Source: Leucoraja erinacea
Taxonomy: Eukaryota
Direction of reading: 5' to 3'
Assembly: GCF_028641065.1 (NCBI RefSeq)
Contig: NC_073379.1
Coordinates: forward strand, 102,858,001-102,922,000
Length of the DNA stretch: 64,000 nucleotides
The translations under genes were made by a program, and so were the position numbers. Below are positions 24,896 through 38,100 of the stretch, in pieces (the stretch's first letter is position 1; each line of letters opens with the position of its first letter). A model generated the notes under the pieces. That model saw only the letters and a program-made list of their open reading frames with translations. It was not told the origin of the DNA and ran no database searches.

Positions 24896-25047
24896 GTACA
24901 GAACGGCATGAGCTAACATCGTGGAAGAGTTTTAATTCAATTATAAAGTATTTTACTCAAGCTTTAGAGGCACAGAACACTGAAACAAAATCTAAGCCAA
25001 CAGTGATAACAAGAAGCTCCAACCGAAAGAAAAGTGAAGAATTATGA
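24896..25047 (+). CDS. FAM172A: FAM172A / ARB2A (cotranscriptional regulator) terminal coding exon
   Basis: Acceptor ttttttcactcatttatag|GT; phase-1 translation (G)TERHELTSWKSFNSIIKYFTQALEAQNTETKSKPTVITRSSNRKKSEEL* matches the human FAM172A C-terminus (GTDRHELTSWKSFPSIFKFFT...RIKHEEL, from memory); tail-to-tail synteny with NR2F1. Confidence 0.93.
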
Positions 25048-28000
25048 AGCAAAAAGCCATTTTCCTGCATTTGTTTTTGCTCTGGCAGCCCCTCTATCCC
25101 TCATTAGATTGTTTTCTTTTTGGAGCAAAGGGTCATGGTGTATACATCTAAATAGCATTTTGCATTATTTCTAGATGAGCGCAACTGTCAAAGCAATATG
25201 GGTCTGCCGGTTGTGTTTCCTGTGGTCCCGAGCTCAGATTTGGTGCCACCGATCGGTGCGCAGATTAAGAGTGACAGCAGTTCTGCACAGTGCAGCGCAG
25301 AGCGGCTCTAATTGCCCTGACACAGCCCTGCACTGAGCTAATGCCATGGGGCTATTGGCTTCCCCCATGTCCTAATGCCTGCCAACTATTCTTCATTAAA
25401 GAGACAGCTTCTCTTTTGTCGACCTATGTACAGCAGCCTTTAAAATAGCCAGAAATCACAGCTACTCAACATTTTCCCTTCACGTACTCAAGCCTTGTCA
25501 TAATTTTCAAGGGATTTCAAATGCATTTAAGTCGCTAAAGATGACAGTTGTTTTTGGTGATGCCAGCTGTCACGTTTTATGTCTGCTCAAAAGTAACTTG
25601 ATATTACTGAAGCGGTGTGTTTATTTTTCAAAATATATCAGAAGTACTTCTTAAAGCTCAAGGATGTTTAAAGATATGTTGGGTAAATTGGCATCACTGT
25701 GAATATCTATGTCAGTTGGCCAATAAAAACTAAAGCAATGTTTCTCATAAAAAACACATTAATTAGATCAAATCTAAATCCAAAGGTCTGTATCCATAAT
25801 GTGATCTGATTAATATCAACATATACATTACGCTGCATCTTTTAAATGACTAGATTATTTTTAATAACTAGATTGAAGACTGTGTAGTACAAACAAGAGA
25901 GCGATAATAACCATTTTTCTCAAAATATTAAGTGGACATGATTAATTTGAAAGACCACTGTAAATGTTTTCATTCTGTGCTTGTTACAATATTTACATTT
26001 TCTTGCTTTTAACTAGTTGCTGAGAATTTTGTTTTTAAAAATTGACATTCAGGTTGGTTACTGCTGTTGAAATATGCACTTTCATTCTCGTTTTAAGTAA
26101 TATTCATTGTCCTTTTCAATTAACTGCAAATTATAACTGAATTTAAAAGATGCTTTAATAGCTCAAATGTTACAGCAAAAATAAAATTGCTTCCTAAGGG
26201 AGTAATGTTACAAAATTGCAAGAACACAAGAAATTGCATGTTAATGCAAGTTTAGTTCCTGCTCCATCATTCGAACTGGAAGTTCATTTTTCAGTTTAAC
26301 ACTTGCTAGTTTTTGCTTGCTTGTGATTCATTGGCTATAGAGTAGCTTGGGGATTCTGCTAAAATCTAGGACACACAAAATTTTAACATTTGAGTAATGT
26401 AAAGTGTGTTTTAGGACCAACTTATGAAAATCCTTGGAGTAATTACTCATTACCTTGTTTGATCATTTGAAAATTGGAGCTTTTTGCAGTGCTTCAGAAC
26501 ATGATCGAATACAAAAGAGGGAATAGATTATTTAGAATATTCAAATTCTTGTTATGCATTACATAGGTTCAAGGCAGGACAGCACAAAAATGCGAGATGA
26601 GAATTAACATACATTATTTTAATTAAATATTTAGCAATATGAAGTTTGAGAAATATGAAATAGGTGCAAAGCAGTGTACAAAGTCATTAATTCAAGTGAT
26701 TTGTTCAGGTTTATAATGCTGCTAGTGTTCTGAGTGGCTGAAGAGCTTCATCAGGCTATGTGAATAGGAAAAGGGACCCAAGGGAAGCCTTTGGTAGCTG
26801 CTTTGGTGCATGTGTAGCTCCACTCCCATAGAGACAGGTTAGGAGGTTTGCTGCTGGAGCTTTGATTGGAGTTTACAGTCATTTGACATTTCCAGCACTT
26901 TCTGCCAAATGACACTGGTCCCTACAGAATGCATGCCCTATTACCTGCCCATCCACCCCCACCCCCCTTACCCCGACATCTGACTTCATTCTTTAGGTGT
27001 ACTTGGAGTTTAAATGTGGAAATTGAAAAATGAACAAAATTAACCTCAAATTCAAGCATTTCAATTGGTGATAATTTATCTGTTAATCTACATGCAAATA
27101 ATTATTCTTTCACGTGGCTTTTACAATCAAAACTTGCAGAAATTGATAATGAAATATTGGTAAACTTAAATGCATTTAATGTTATCATTATCAAGATTAA
27201 AGTAAATAATAAATTGGTATCTCTAAAAATGCCTTCAGTTGTGATGGCTTAAACAATATGTTACATTCTGCAGTACATTTTTATTTTGATCTTAAACTGT
27301 TTTATTTGTAATAGCAAGTGTAACTAGTTGGATTTTGAAATATTACAGGCTTACTTTTGAAAACTATCATAAAGGAAAAAAATCATCTCGACAAGATGAA
27401 AGCTTAGGATGACTGACAGCATTAAGTGAATGGGACCTTTCCATGCAATTGTGAATGGGGGCGATAGGGGGAAAATCTGATGGAAAATGAATTTTCAACC
27501 CAGAAACCTTCAAAGCAAAACCATGATTTTTATTTTTGATAGTTTTCAAATCCACTTATCAAACTGAAGCACTGAAATGAAAAGTTGCGTTCTCCAATGT
27601 ATAAATCAACTCTTGCTTTTAATCTCGCTGTGTGATGACTCTGATTTTAAAGCTTTTACTTTCAAATGACAATATTAAAATAAAATCTGAATCAAAATAA
27701 AGGTTTTTATCACCTTTAGTTTCAGTAACTCGTTGTCAGTGGTGTTCATTAATTAAAAAAAATTCAAATTGAAAGCAAAGTAATTTGTTGACATGAGACG
27801 TGACAATCTTTGAATAGATCAAATCATTATGATTCAGAAGGTGGGATGTGAAAGATAGTAGTGCCAGATTCAAGTGGTTAGTACAATGTTAGAATAATGA
27901 TTTACCTTCATTTCTAACCTAGAAATGTCTTTAGGTTGAATTTGCTCTTGAAATTGTAGTTTGTTCCCTAAAAAGCAAATCTATTTTTATTAAGTTGTAA

Positions 28001-29000
28001 TGTTTGTTCTTTAATTTCCCAGTTGAATTAACTAGTAAGTTGATTTCTGAAGTGGAATGTAAGAAAGGGAGCCATCAATTGATACACGCCACTCTGTTGT
28101 CTCAAGTCGGAGGAATCAGTTGGAGTAATTCATACCATCGGATTTCTCAATGAGTTTGAAACAAAGTTGGGCATGTTCATTAGAAGGTTTGTAGATGAGT
28201 TACTATTTATTCAGCAGTAGATTTCAAAACAGCCGTGCCTGAATTATATTTTCAAACTGAAGTCCATTCAAGTAGTTACAGTAATCTGAAAAATGCCATT
28301 CTTATTTAACCCAAGTTCATCACTATTTGGTACTCTCTGGAAAGAGTGAAAAGTAGTCTGGGAGATGCGAGCAGGAAGAGTGAGGTCACCTGATGATTCC
28401 AATATCTGGACCGAAAATGAAAATGGCATGGTACTTTCAAACCGTGTTATCAGTTGGGATTATTGAAATGAAAGTTCATTTGACTCAATTATTTCTTAAC
28501 CTCAGTGCTAGGATTGCTTTCAAACCCAGTAATCCCTCTCGGTTGCAACAGGGAACAAAGCCTTTGAGTTCTTTCTTCATTTTACCCTAGTAAGGTATCT
28601 GGAAAAGAAGAAAATACAGTTTAAATTCTAAATATAATTTACAAGAAAGGACATGTTTTCTCAACATGTGAAATGACAAATGCATTGCTTTTAGAAATAT
28701 CCCATTTAATCATATTTCCTGATTTTGAGTTAAAACAGTGTTGATATTGTAATACTGTGTTGATATTGTAATGATGCTTTATTTTTGCATTCAAAAAAGA
28801 CCACCTTGTTTTCATTCTGAAATACAATATTTGCATGCAGGTATATTACTCATCTTCCACCTGTCTGCAAGGGTCAGAGGAACCTTCTTGCAAGCCAATA
28901 TTTTAATACCCCAAGACTAATGAATTATCTTATGAAATGTATTAGCAATAATAGGCAATATTCAAAATTTAATAAACTATGTGTGTTTCTTTACAGTTTT
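25048..29000 (+). other. FAM172A: Probable FAM172A 3'UTR
   Basis: Follows the stop codon; TE-free; AATAAA at 25722 and 28971, the latter followed by GU/U-rich gtgtgtttcttt. True end not determinable. Confidence 0.5.
28971..28976 (+). terminator. Candidate distal poly(A) signal of FAM172A
   Basis: AATAAA followed by a GU/U-rich element. Confidence 0.35.
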
Positions 29001-31092
29001 CTTTAAATTAAATTGTAGTTAAACCAGAGGAACATAAGAATAGCAGATGTTTAGTTTGAGATTTAAATTGGAAAACACTGAGTTTGGAAATTGTAATATA
29101 CACCACCTATAATAAATATGTATATTATTCCCGTGTTTACTGTTCTTTATATGTGCCAGACAGTGTTAATATTGTTAGTTGGGAGAATAGATGAAGGATC
29201 CACTCTATCTTCGAAAAAATCCGAATAGTTCCATGTATCATGGGCAGTAGAACCTTTAAGCCATAACAATATACGATAGCCTATAGGCCTATGCAAAATT
29301 TCAGAACTCAATTATTTGTATGAATATGAATTTAAATAGCCATTTATGTCTCGCTATATGATGCGTATACCGCAGTGTATTTACTTATAATGCATGCGCG
29401 ATTGTTTGGTTCTGCAAAAATACTTTTTTCTCTGAACGTATCTCCGAGCAGTATCATTATTACATTCTGTCGAAGTGCAATCGTTTTAACACATCCTATC
29501 ACAATTCAAGACAGTTAATCCAAGCCGGGCTATCGCGTTAATATTAACATCGGTGCAATAACTGAATGTAGTTGATGAAATATAATTGACACAATGCAAT
29601 GAAAACAAACCTCCAAACCTATAAAGATGCATCACGGATATATTTTGTTTTCCTCTGCGATGTATTTGAACCCATTTCAGGTGTTTGTTTATTGGGGGGA
29701 AATGGGACGGGAAGAACACGATGATCCAAAACTATGCCGTAAAAGTAAACAAAACCACTTGCTTTCCATGAATATTTACCTCCGAAATTAGTAACATGGG
29801 AGGTATTGTATTGTCACTAATGTGTAAAATCGCAAAAATAAAAAATAACTGAATGCCATCTAACTAGCCTTCCTGTATAATTGTAGGTTAGAAAATTGCG
29901 AAGTAACCCGGGCTCTAATGTCCATAAATGACGGTGGAACTTGATGGATATATTGAAGCAGATTGTAAGAATGTAATTATGAATTAACGACAGTGTGGTG
30001 TAATCCATATAGTCAGGATCACTTGTTGGAAATTATCAGATGCATTCACGAGGATCGGCATCTTATGTATGATCCGTCAACAGTATTTAAACTGTATAAA
30101 ATCATGCCACCTTCTTTAAGAATGTAACATAATGATAGATATTGCCATACGTTCCCTCTTTGCCAACAAACTCGTCGGCCTGCCAATTATCGAGGTTACG
30201 AATGGTTGGAAATAAGTGTTCGATTGCAACAAACTCTTTGTAGCGATCAATAATGAAATGGCCCGGATTTTTAAAAATAAGAACAATTAAAAATGTTAAG
30301 TAAAAAGTTGAATGTACCTCTGATTGATTGACAGGTACTACTAAATCACACGGTATATGTTTTAACCAGATCTTGCAGAAGCAACTATCCCGTATGCATA
30401 AAAGTTGCTAACATTAACGTTGCTTTTAACATATATTTTAATAGGCGAAAGATTCACCTTTTAGATTCAACCTTTTTGGTGCGTGCACTCTTCGTGTTTG
30501 TGAGTTTATTCACTAGATCAGTGACAGCTCTTTATTTGCATAATTATATGCTATAGACTGGAGTGAAAACTAACCTCCAAATTTCATGGGTCACCAAACT
30601 GCAACAATCAATGTTTTATCATGTATGCTAAGGAAAATCTAAGAAGCTATATAAAGTTTCTTAGGGATTTGTTTTTCTCTGTCTCTCGGAGGAAAAAAAG
30701 GATATTTGTGTCTCTTCAAGAGATGTAGAAACCTTTACATCGCTTCTAAGTAACTGAAATCTATTAGTCAGTAATAATAGAGATTAAAATGTACGTGGGG
30801 ATTTCAGTCTTTTTAGTTTTACTTCAAAGTAGTTCCGTAAAACACGATCCATGTATAACAGCTAACGGTTTAAACTAGATCCACTCTTAGGTTATGGAAA
30901 TTTCTTCGGAACAAAACTAATTTGATTAAGAATTTAAATCCAGATATGCTTTACCTAAATGTTTATTGTAAATACATTGCACAATTCTAATATATACAAC
31001 ATTCAGATTTGTTTTACTTAGTAGAGTTGAAACAGCCATGCCAATTTGTTAATATCATTTAAGTGATGGTGAAATGGAAAAATATTAATTGA

Positions 31093-31358
31093 TATAGAAA
31101 CATAGAAAAATAGGTGCAGGAGAAGGCCATTCGGCCCTTCGAGCCAGCACCGCCATTCAATATGATCATGGCTGATCATCTAAAATCAGTACCCAGTTCC
31201 TGCTTTTTCCCCATATCCCTTGATTCCTTATGAGCTAAATCCACTAACTTTCTCTTGAAAACATGCAGTGAATTGGCCTCAACTGCCTTCGGTGGCAGAT
31301 AATTCCACAGATTCACAACTCTCTGGGTGAAGAAGTTTTTCCTCATCTCAGTCCTAAA
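31093..31358 (-). mobile_element. Short CR1 3' fragment (last clear TE before the TE-free domain)
   Basis: tagaaacatagaaaaataggtgcaggagaaggccattcggcccttcgagcc; same subfamily as 2111-2497. Confidence 0.88.
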
Positions 31359-33459
31359 TATTGATCAATATGCTTTCATTTTTACATTGCATAATACCAA
31401 TAAACAATCCATGAAGCAGTTCATTTAGAATTTTTCATTCCATCTTGGAAAGGTTGAATTAGGAGTATGAAATATTTTTTAGATTTCGAAGTCGTATTTT
31501 CAATGCTGTTTGTTTTGATAAATCGTGTATGACTTGTAAAATCGTGCAGGCTCTTTATTTTTAATTAAAGCAAACATTAATATTACAACTGTTAAAGAAT
31601 AAAATGCATTATGAAATACTTAAAGGAAGCGGCGTGTATCTCCTATATAGCACAATTGTCACTGTCATCTAGAGCAAATAAAGCGTCGCGATTACACTTT
31701 CTCTTGAGAAAGAGAGTATGGACGAAATTTCGCACACAACATAAAAGTTAGTTATTTTCATGATATATATATTTATTTCAATCGATTCTTCAATAATAAG
31801 AGACTGCTCTCTTTTCCGTACCTATATAGCTGTGCCCCCCCCCCCCTCTCTCTATCTATCTATCTATCTCTGTATGTCTGTCCATCTGCCTATCTATCTA
31901 TTTATATATGTATATCCCATGGATACAATTCTTAGTTATTAACGAACATTTGCAGAGTTTTTTTATCCACGTCAAATTGAACTCGAATGTCCTTGCCAAC
32001 TTTCACTTTCTTGGTGACCACAGAAAAAAAATGGACAAATAATTGCTTCTCGGTTTGAATAACATCTCGTGTCAGGTTTCCTTTCGGAAGCTCATGATCA
32101 AATTTATAGCAGTTGATCATGGATGTTCTTTCTATTAGAGTCTGGTCTATTAAGGTCGATTTATGGTGTTTTCAAAGGTATTATTCGTGTTGTATCTGCA
32201 AGTACTACTCCACCAGGCTATCAATGCGTGGGCTCATAATAAAACCACAGTTCCCAAACTTTAACACATTTGATAACGTTTATACACGACCAACCTATTC
32301 AAATAATAATCGTTTATTATTTATTATCTTAATTGTCTTATTTATTTATTAATTGAACCGTGTGAAATAAACGTTTACATGAACAAAGTGGACAGGATGT
32401 TTGCACAATGTTGGACAATTTTCCAGTAACGAAAGATTTTGAGAAACCACAATTGAGCAAAGTGCCACAATCTCTTTAACTATAGGGCATTAGTTGATTA
32501 TAAAATGTTCCGGTACAGGTAGATTCATAATAAGGTGGAAGGTCATTTATTTAGGGCCGATGCTTCCTGGAGGTCTTATCTCCTTTCTCAACATCACCGC
32601 AGTCCGTTTTTCATGGAACTCAGGTGTTTGCCGCAGCCATACCCGACTGCACTCCAGAGTTGGTCATTAGATCCACCGTCACCTCGCTTCCATCTCCTGC
32701 AGTTTTGCTCTCACCTGAGTGGGAAGGTTTTTGTCTCAGTTCCAGAATTGTGACATATCCGCGGATTTTCTACCTAGTTAATGTCCACTGGCTGTATTTC
32801 TGATCGGTTGTAACCCCATACTGAAGGCAGAGAGAAAAGTTTCCGAAAGGTTTTGATGTGCGTTAAATGAATTTTCTTCACACTATACTGAAGGAGACTG
32901 AAATGTCAACCGCGCGCTATAGAACCATAGATACAAAAGATAATTGGGTGACCAATAACCTAACCTAATTTTCTCAATAAATTGAACTGAAATAAGTTCC
33001 ATTCAGTCACATGCATACGGAATTTCAAACCAAACGCTTAGTTAATGTTAAAGTGATTTGATTTAGTGGAATACAGAGACTCTGCTGTTAACCCAACTAC
33101 TGTCTCTGAAATAGTTTTGTTATATATCATCTGCACATCAATTTCCTACGGACTACTAGGTCTGAACTTTCTAAACAGAATTAGATAAATACACATCGTG
33201 TGCCTATTCACACGCGTGTCCGAATAAAACATCAGTTAAAATGTCCACGAGTCCATCACATTTTGATGTACAGGTGCCGCTGCCTTTAAACAAAAACTCA
33301 TTTAAAAATGATTTTAATGGTTTTAACAGTTCCTTTTTTCTTTTCGAAAGACTCAACTTTTGCAGAATATTCTTTTGCGTTTGTAACGAGAGAAGGTTCT
33401 CAGGCAAAAACAACATAAAACAATGCGGATTGAGAGCTCAGTAAGGTTCATTTCCCACC

Positions 33460-33521
33460 TCGTGTGCCTCCTGGTCCAAGAGCCGTATTATCGTGTACCT
33501 CCTGGTCCAAGAGTAGTATTA
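33460..33521. repeat. 31-bp tandem duplication
   Basis: tcgtgtgcctcctggtccaagagccgtatta / tcgtgtacctcctggtccaagagtagtatta, 28/31 identical. Confidence 0.9.
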
Positions 33522-34568
33522 TCAATCAATTCAACATATTTTACAAAGTGAAATTATTGTAAAACAGCATTTATTGTAAAACAAATAAATATTTTAATTA
33601 AACACCAGACTTCTTTTTATTTACCGCTCTATTTGTCACCCTGTTTTAAAACTGTATTTTATCGCTAACAAGACAGTGTGAAGTTTCGCTACATTCCGCG
33701 CACTTGTTACAATCTCTGCATTGCTAAACCACTATTATATATTGATTGTTTTTTATTATTTGCTGATATGTCACATCATACTGTATGCAAAATATATCGA
33801 TGGCAAACTTGAGTTATAGGTATGTATCCATACAGCGTGTATAAACGCATCTAAGTGTGTGGATCGTAACTAAAATGATTTAAACATATATAAGAGCGGG
33901 TTCCATTTCCATTATCATTCTTCTTTACATTTTCTGTTCAAAGAAGGTTCAAGTTTATCCATTTTCTAGAGTAAGGGATGAATGCGTAGAACGTAATATT
34001 TGTTCCATTAGATTACATTGTTTGCTAGTGTACATGTTTTACACGTAAAATAACTTAAGAAAGTGTATTTTCTCAACAGTAAATAGAATAGAATCACAAA
34101 CTCTGGCTAGAGTCATATAGTATACTGTACGTTAACTCATAGCAATCAAACTGTTGTCATTATCTTTTAACGCGCTAAACTAATAGATGTTAGAGTCGAT
34201 AATAAATTGTATTCAATAAAAACTGACGAAAAACTTTTCTCTGAAAGGAACATTAAAATAAAAGATCATAAAAAAATCTCGAGAACACTGTTTTATCATA
34301 GTACAAATAAATCACGTCTCAAGCAGATAGTTTTTTAGGTTAAAAGGACGTTGAATTATATCCTTCACAGAAACTTATTGAACATGCCGCCAGCTTTCTA
34401 AAATAGAACACTTCAGCGGTATTAGCGATTAGAAACAGTAAGGACTGGAGACCTATGTGCCATTTACTTATTTATAAGGAGATTGCCCACACTTCAATTT
34501 ATGTTGAAAACGAGAAAAATAGTCAAATGCTGTATATTTCCTGCGATATCACGTACGAAATGCCCAGC

Positions 34569-34589
34569 GATAGCACCATGGACAGCGCC
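34569..34589 (+). promoter_or_regulatory. REST/NRSF binding site (RE1/NRSE)
   Basis: GATAGCACCATGGACAGCGCC vs canonical TTCAGCACCACGGACAGCGCC: both half-sites and the 2-bp spacer are intact. Confidence 0.65.
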
Positions 34590-34797
34590 TTGTAGCTCTC
34601 ATACATTTGCCAAGTTTCCACAGATCTCTCGTCCGAATAAGTTTGGTAAAAATGTCAGGCTTTTATAATCATGTTCTTGAGGTGCGACAGAAGCAAAACA
34701 CATTTTCCTCTTCCCAAAGTTTCCTATATAAACCCCCTTATCTATTTCAACTCAAGTTTTATCCAAAGCAGATAATGTGTCCTACAATTTAAAGTAC

Positions 34798-34857
34798 GTC
34801 TCTTCCTCTCTCTCAATATATATATACATATATATATACATTGAGAGAGGAAGAGAC
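34798..34857. repeat. Inverted repeat around a (TA)n microsatellite
   Basis: GTCTCTTCCTCTCTCTCAAT ... ATTGAGAGAGGAAGAGAC (one CT unit bulge). Confidence 0.85.
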
Positions 34858-34908
34858 TGATTATATATATATAACAGAACGTTAGATAATATTTTATTGA
34901 ATACAATA

Positions 34909-35142
34909 NNNNNNNNNNNNNNNNNNNNNNNNNNNNNNNNNNNNNNNNNNNNNNNNNNNNNNNNNNNNNNNNNNNNNNNNNNNNNNNNNNNNNNNNNNNN
35001 NNNNNNNNNNNNNNNNNNNNNNNNNNNNNNNNNNNNNNNNNNNNNNNNNNNNNNNNNNNNNNNNNNNNNNNNNNNNNNNNNNNNNNNNNNNNNNNNNNNN
35101 NNNNNNNNNNNNNNNNNNNNNNNNNNNNNNNNNNNNNNNNNN
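34909..35142. other. Assembly gap (N run)
   Basis: Ns. Confidence 1.
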
Positions 35143-38100
35143 ATATTTTTACCTTTGCTTGGTTTACTTATTTTTAGCAGTTTAATCCAATCGTATCCTG
35201 AATTGTAACATGCAGAGTCGCTCTCTTGTTTGTTTATTTAGTATTTTCCAGTCTGTTGTATTTTACTATTTAAGGCTGGAAAAGTGCGGTGAACATTTCT
35301 GTCTGATATTATAGTTTGTTGGATATTCAACCTTCTCTGCATTTCTCAAAAGGTTTCTGCCAAGCGTTTTGTGGTTGATTGCAATTTAATGTAAACAGAC
35401 TTTTAAATGAAAATAAATGCATAAATTCTAAAAATGTATTGCATTTTGTTATTAACTAAAAGGGTGGGGGGGGGGGAAGAAAACGTTGGTGTCGTTCAGT
35501 TTACTTCGTGCAGTAATGGAGTGTCTCTTGAATTACACCTGGAATTTGTGAGCGAGTTTGCTTTTGGGAAGGAGCTGTTTGATGGGAGTTACAGCCTTCT
35601 GACAGCTTGTTAATTAAAGCCCCCTGGAGATGAGCCTCTGGAGCCACCGTCCATATCAAGACAGTACTAAATATCCAGATTCTGACAGCAACCCAGCAAG
35701 ATTCAAAAGTAAAACAAGCATATTTTCTCAAGTGCTTAATCTATCCTTCCTTTCTTGTCTCTCCGCCTGAGCAACAATTCCAGCAGGCTCGCTCAACCAA
35801 TGCAAATGTATTTAATACCTAAAATGTTAAAAACAAAGTGCAAACAGCAATATTCAAAGTTTCTCTTCTCTTCCCTTTTTTTAAAGAACACATATGCATA
35901 CTGTGTTCAGTCAGAATTTCCATTCAAATTTGTGAGAGCACGTTGCTTTGCAAAAATTGGAAATATTCATCCATATCAATTTTAAAACTATGCCAAATGT
36001 TCTGGTACAATGAATAACTTTGCCCCTCAAATCGCTATATGAAATATAACTATATATAATATATTGACCTGTTGAATTACACGTGGTTAATCGTTTCAAA
36101 AAAAATTGTTTCAGCTTAATAAAGTATTTAAACATTTACACAGTACTCCGAAACTAATAACCGGCGCCACAATAGAAAATTATTATTCCACAATATTCAT
36201 AAAATGTCCACTACCTTAGATAATTTGAACACGCATTTGTTTATCTATTTTAACTTTACAGTTATTACTCCGTGCCTGATTTTTTGCGCAATGGACAGCC
36301 ATTTCAAATGGCAGACATTCCTTCTTCTATTAGTTTCATATCTCCCTTCACAACTCGAGCTGGAGACAACCTTGTCATGTGTCCAGCGAACCTGCTTCGA
36401 CCCCTTTCACCTGGCCACGTTTTCTCTTGCAACCCTTCAAAGTCATCTCTAAATGATTCTTATTCTGTGTAGATCATTTGTCAACGTCAAAAATAGACTT
36501 GCTTCTATTTATTGAAAGAAAACTGTGATCCTATACAGGGAAAACCTTCCATGGAAATCAATATCATATCCAAAATATTTACCAACCATATGAACCGCTT
36601 TCAAAAGTGTTGAATATGCGAAAGCCAATACTATTTTCATCGATTGCGATCGGGAGAATTGAAAATCTCACCTCAACATCTATGCAAGAATAACCTCTGA
36701 ATACATTATTCAACTCGAATTAATTTAAAGCATTTAAATGAAACAAAGGTTCAGCTTATTTCTGCGTCAAAAATATTCGTTCGGTAAAACGCACAACAAA
36801 TAGGACAAGATAGGTTGAAACGGGGACGGCATGTTATCGTTTGATAATCCCGTTACATAACATTTATTTCTGGTCTTTGGCGTGAGTAATGACAATGGGG
36901 CAAGCTGGGATCTAATAAGTGATAACATCAATCTTAAGATGTTACCATTTGATCTCAGACGCAAAACTCAAACGCGAATTGGAAGTAAATTTGTGCCCAT
37001 TAAACAGGAAATACTGATATTAGACTTCCTAATGACATTCAGAGCATTTTTATTTTCACAACTTAATTTTACACCTAACATTATAACCTTGCACGACTCC
37101 AGAACTGAAAACAATGTTATGACAAGAACTGAAAACAAACGGCGTTAAATGGAGGAATATAAAGAGTCTGGTGATAAACATTCGTTAACTGTTTTGATTT
37201 TTTGTTTCATTTAAATTAGTACTTCGATTTTCCAAATATAGTATAAATTAAAAATAAGGTCTTCAAAATTTTATTCCAGCTCCATTCAGATGCAATTCCT
37301 TATAAACTCTCCCAGCCCTATTTTCTTTGATTTGTTCACATAATCGATATGTTTGACTTTGAACTGATCAAACCACTTTGCTTTGAGTCAGAACATTGAA
37401 TTCGCTGTTTAAAGCCCAGGACAGCCGACATGTTTTTAAATAATTTCGCGTTGGGGATTGAGGGGCAAAGAACAACGGTTACAATTTTCTTTCTTTTTTT
37501 TTAATTTAATAAATTACGAAAATAATGTGGATATTAACGATGTTAACGGCGTTTGGACGCTGGCAAGACAAATAAGGGAAAACGTCATTCAGTCTCACTT
37601 CGGACTAAACACCTATATTAGATTAATAAACCTCAAATATTTTATGTTAATATTAATCAAATTCTTTGAAATATATCAATTTTATAGCTGACAATAACTT
37701 TAACCCTCGATGTTTTTAACGGGACATTTAATCATTCAATAAATCAAATTGACGTTGTGTTTACTTTCTCGCCCTATAGTTGCTGGTTGCTGTGGGAGTG
37801 CAGGTGTGTCGCGGCCGAATTCTAGTCCCAATACCCCGGCGCTTGTGTTATGGGCCGGCCTGCGCTCTGCGGTGGTTTTCATTGCCACCTAGTTACAATG
37901 CAGCTGCTGTCGCGCTCTCTACCGATTTCTCTTTTCAAGCCAACTAACAAGATGTAAATATAAAACTCGGAATAAAATGTAAAATGGTGATTAAAGAGGA
38001 ATAAAATTAATATTAATGTACCTGAATGCATTTCGGCAGTTCGCTGTTTGAAAGACAGTCTGACATGATTGCTAAAATAACTGGCCATACCTTTTGGATT

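Noticed and set aside
33460-33521. 31-bp repeats as a CRISPR array
   Set aside because: Two adjacent units, no spacers, vertebrate DNA.
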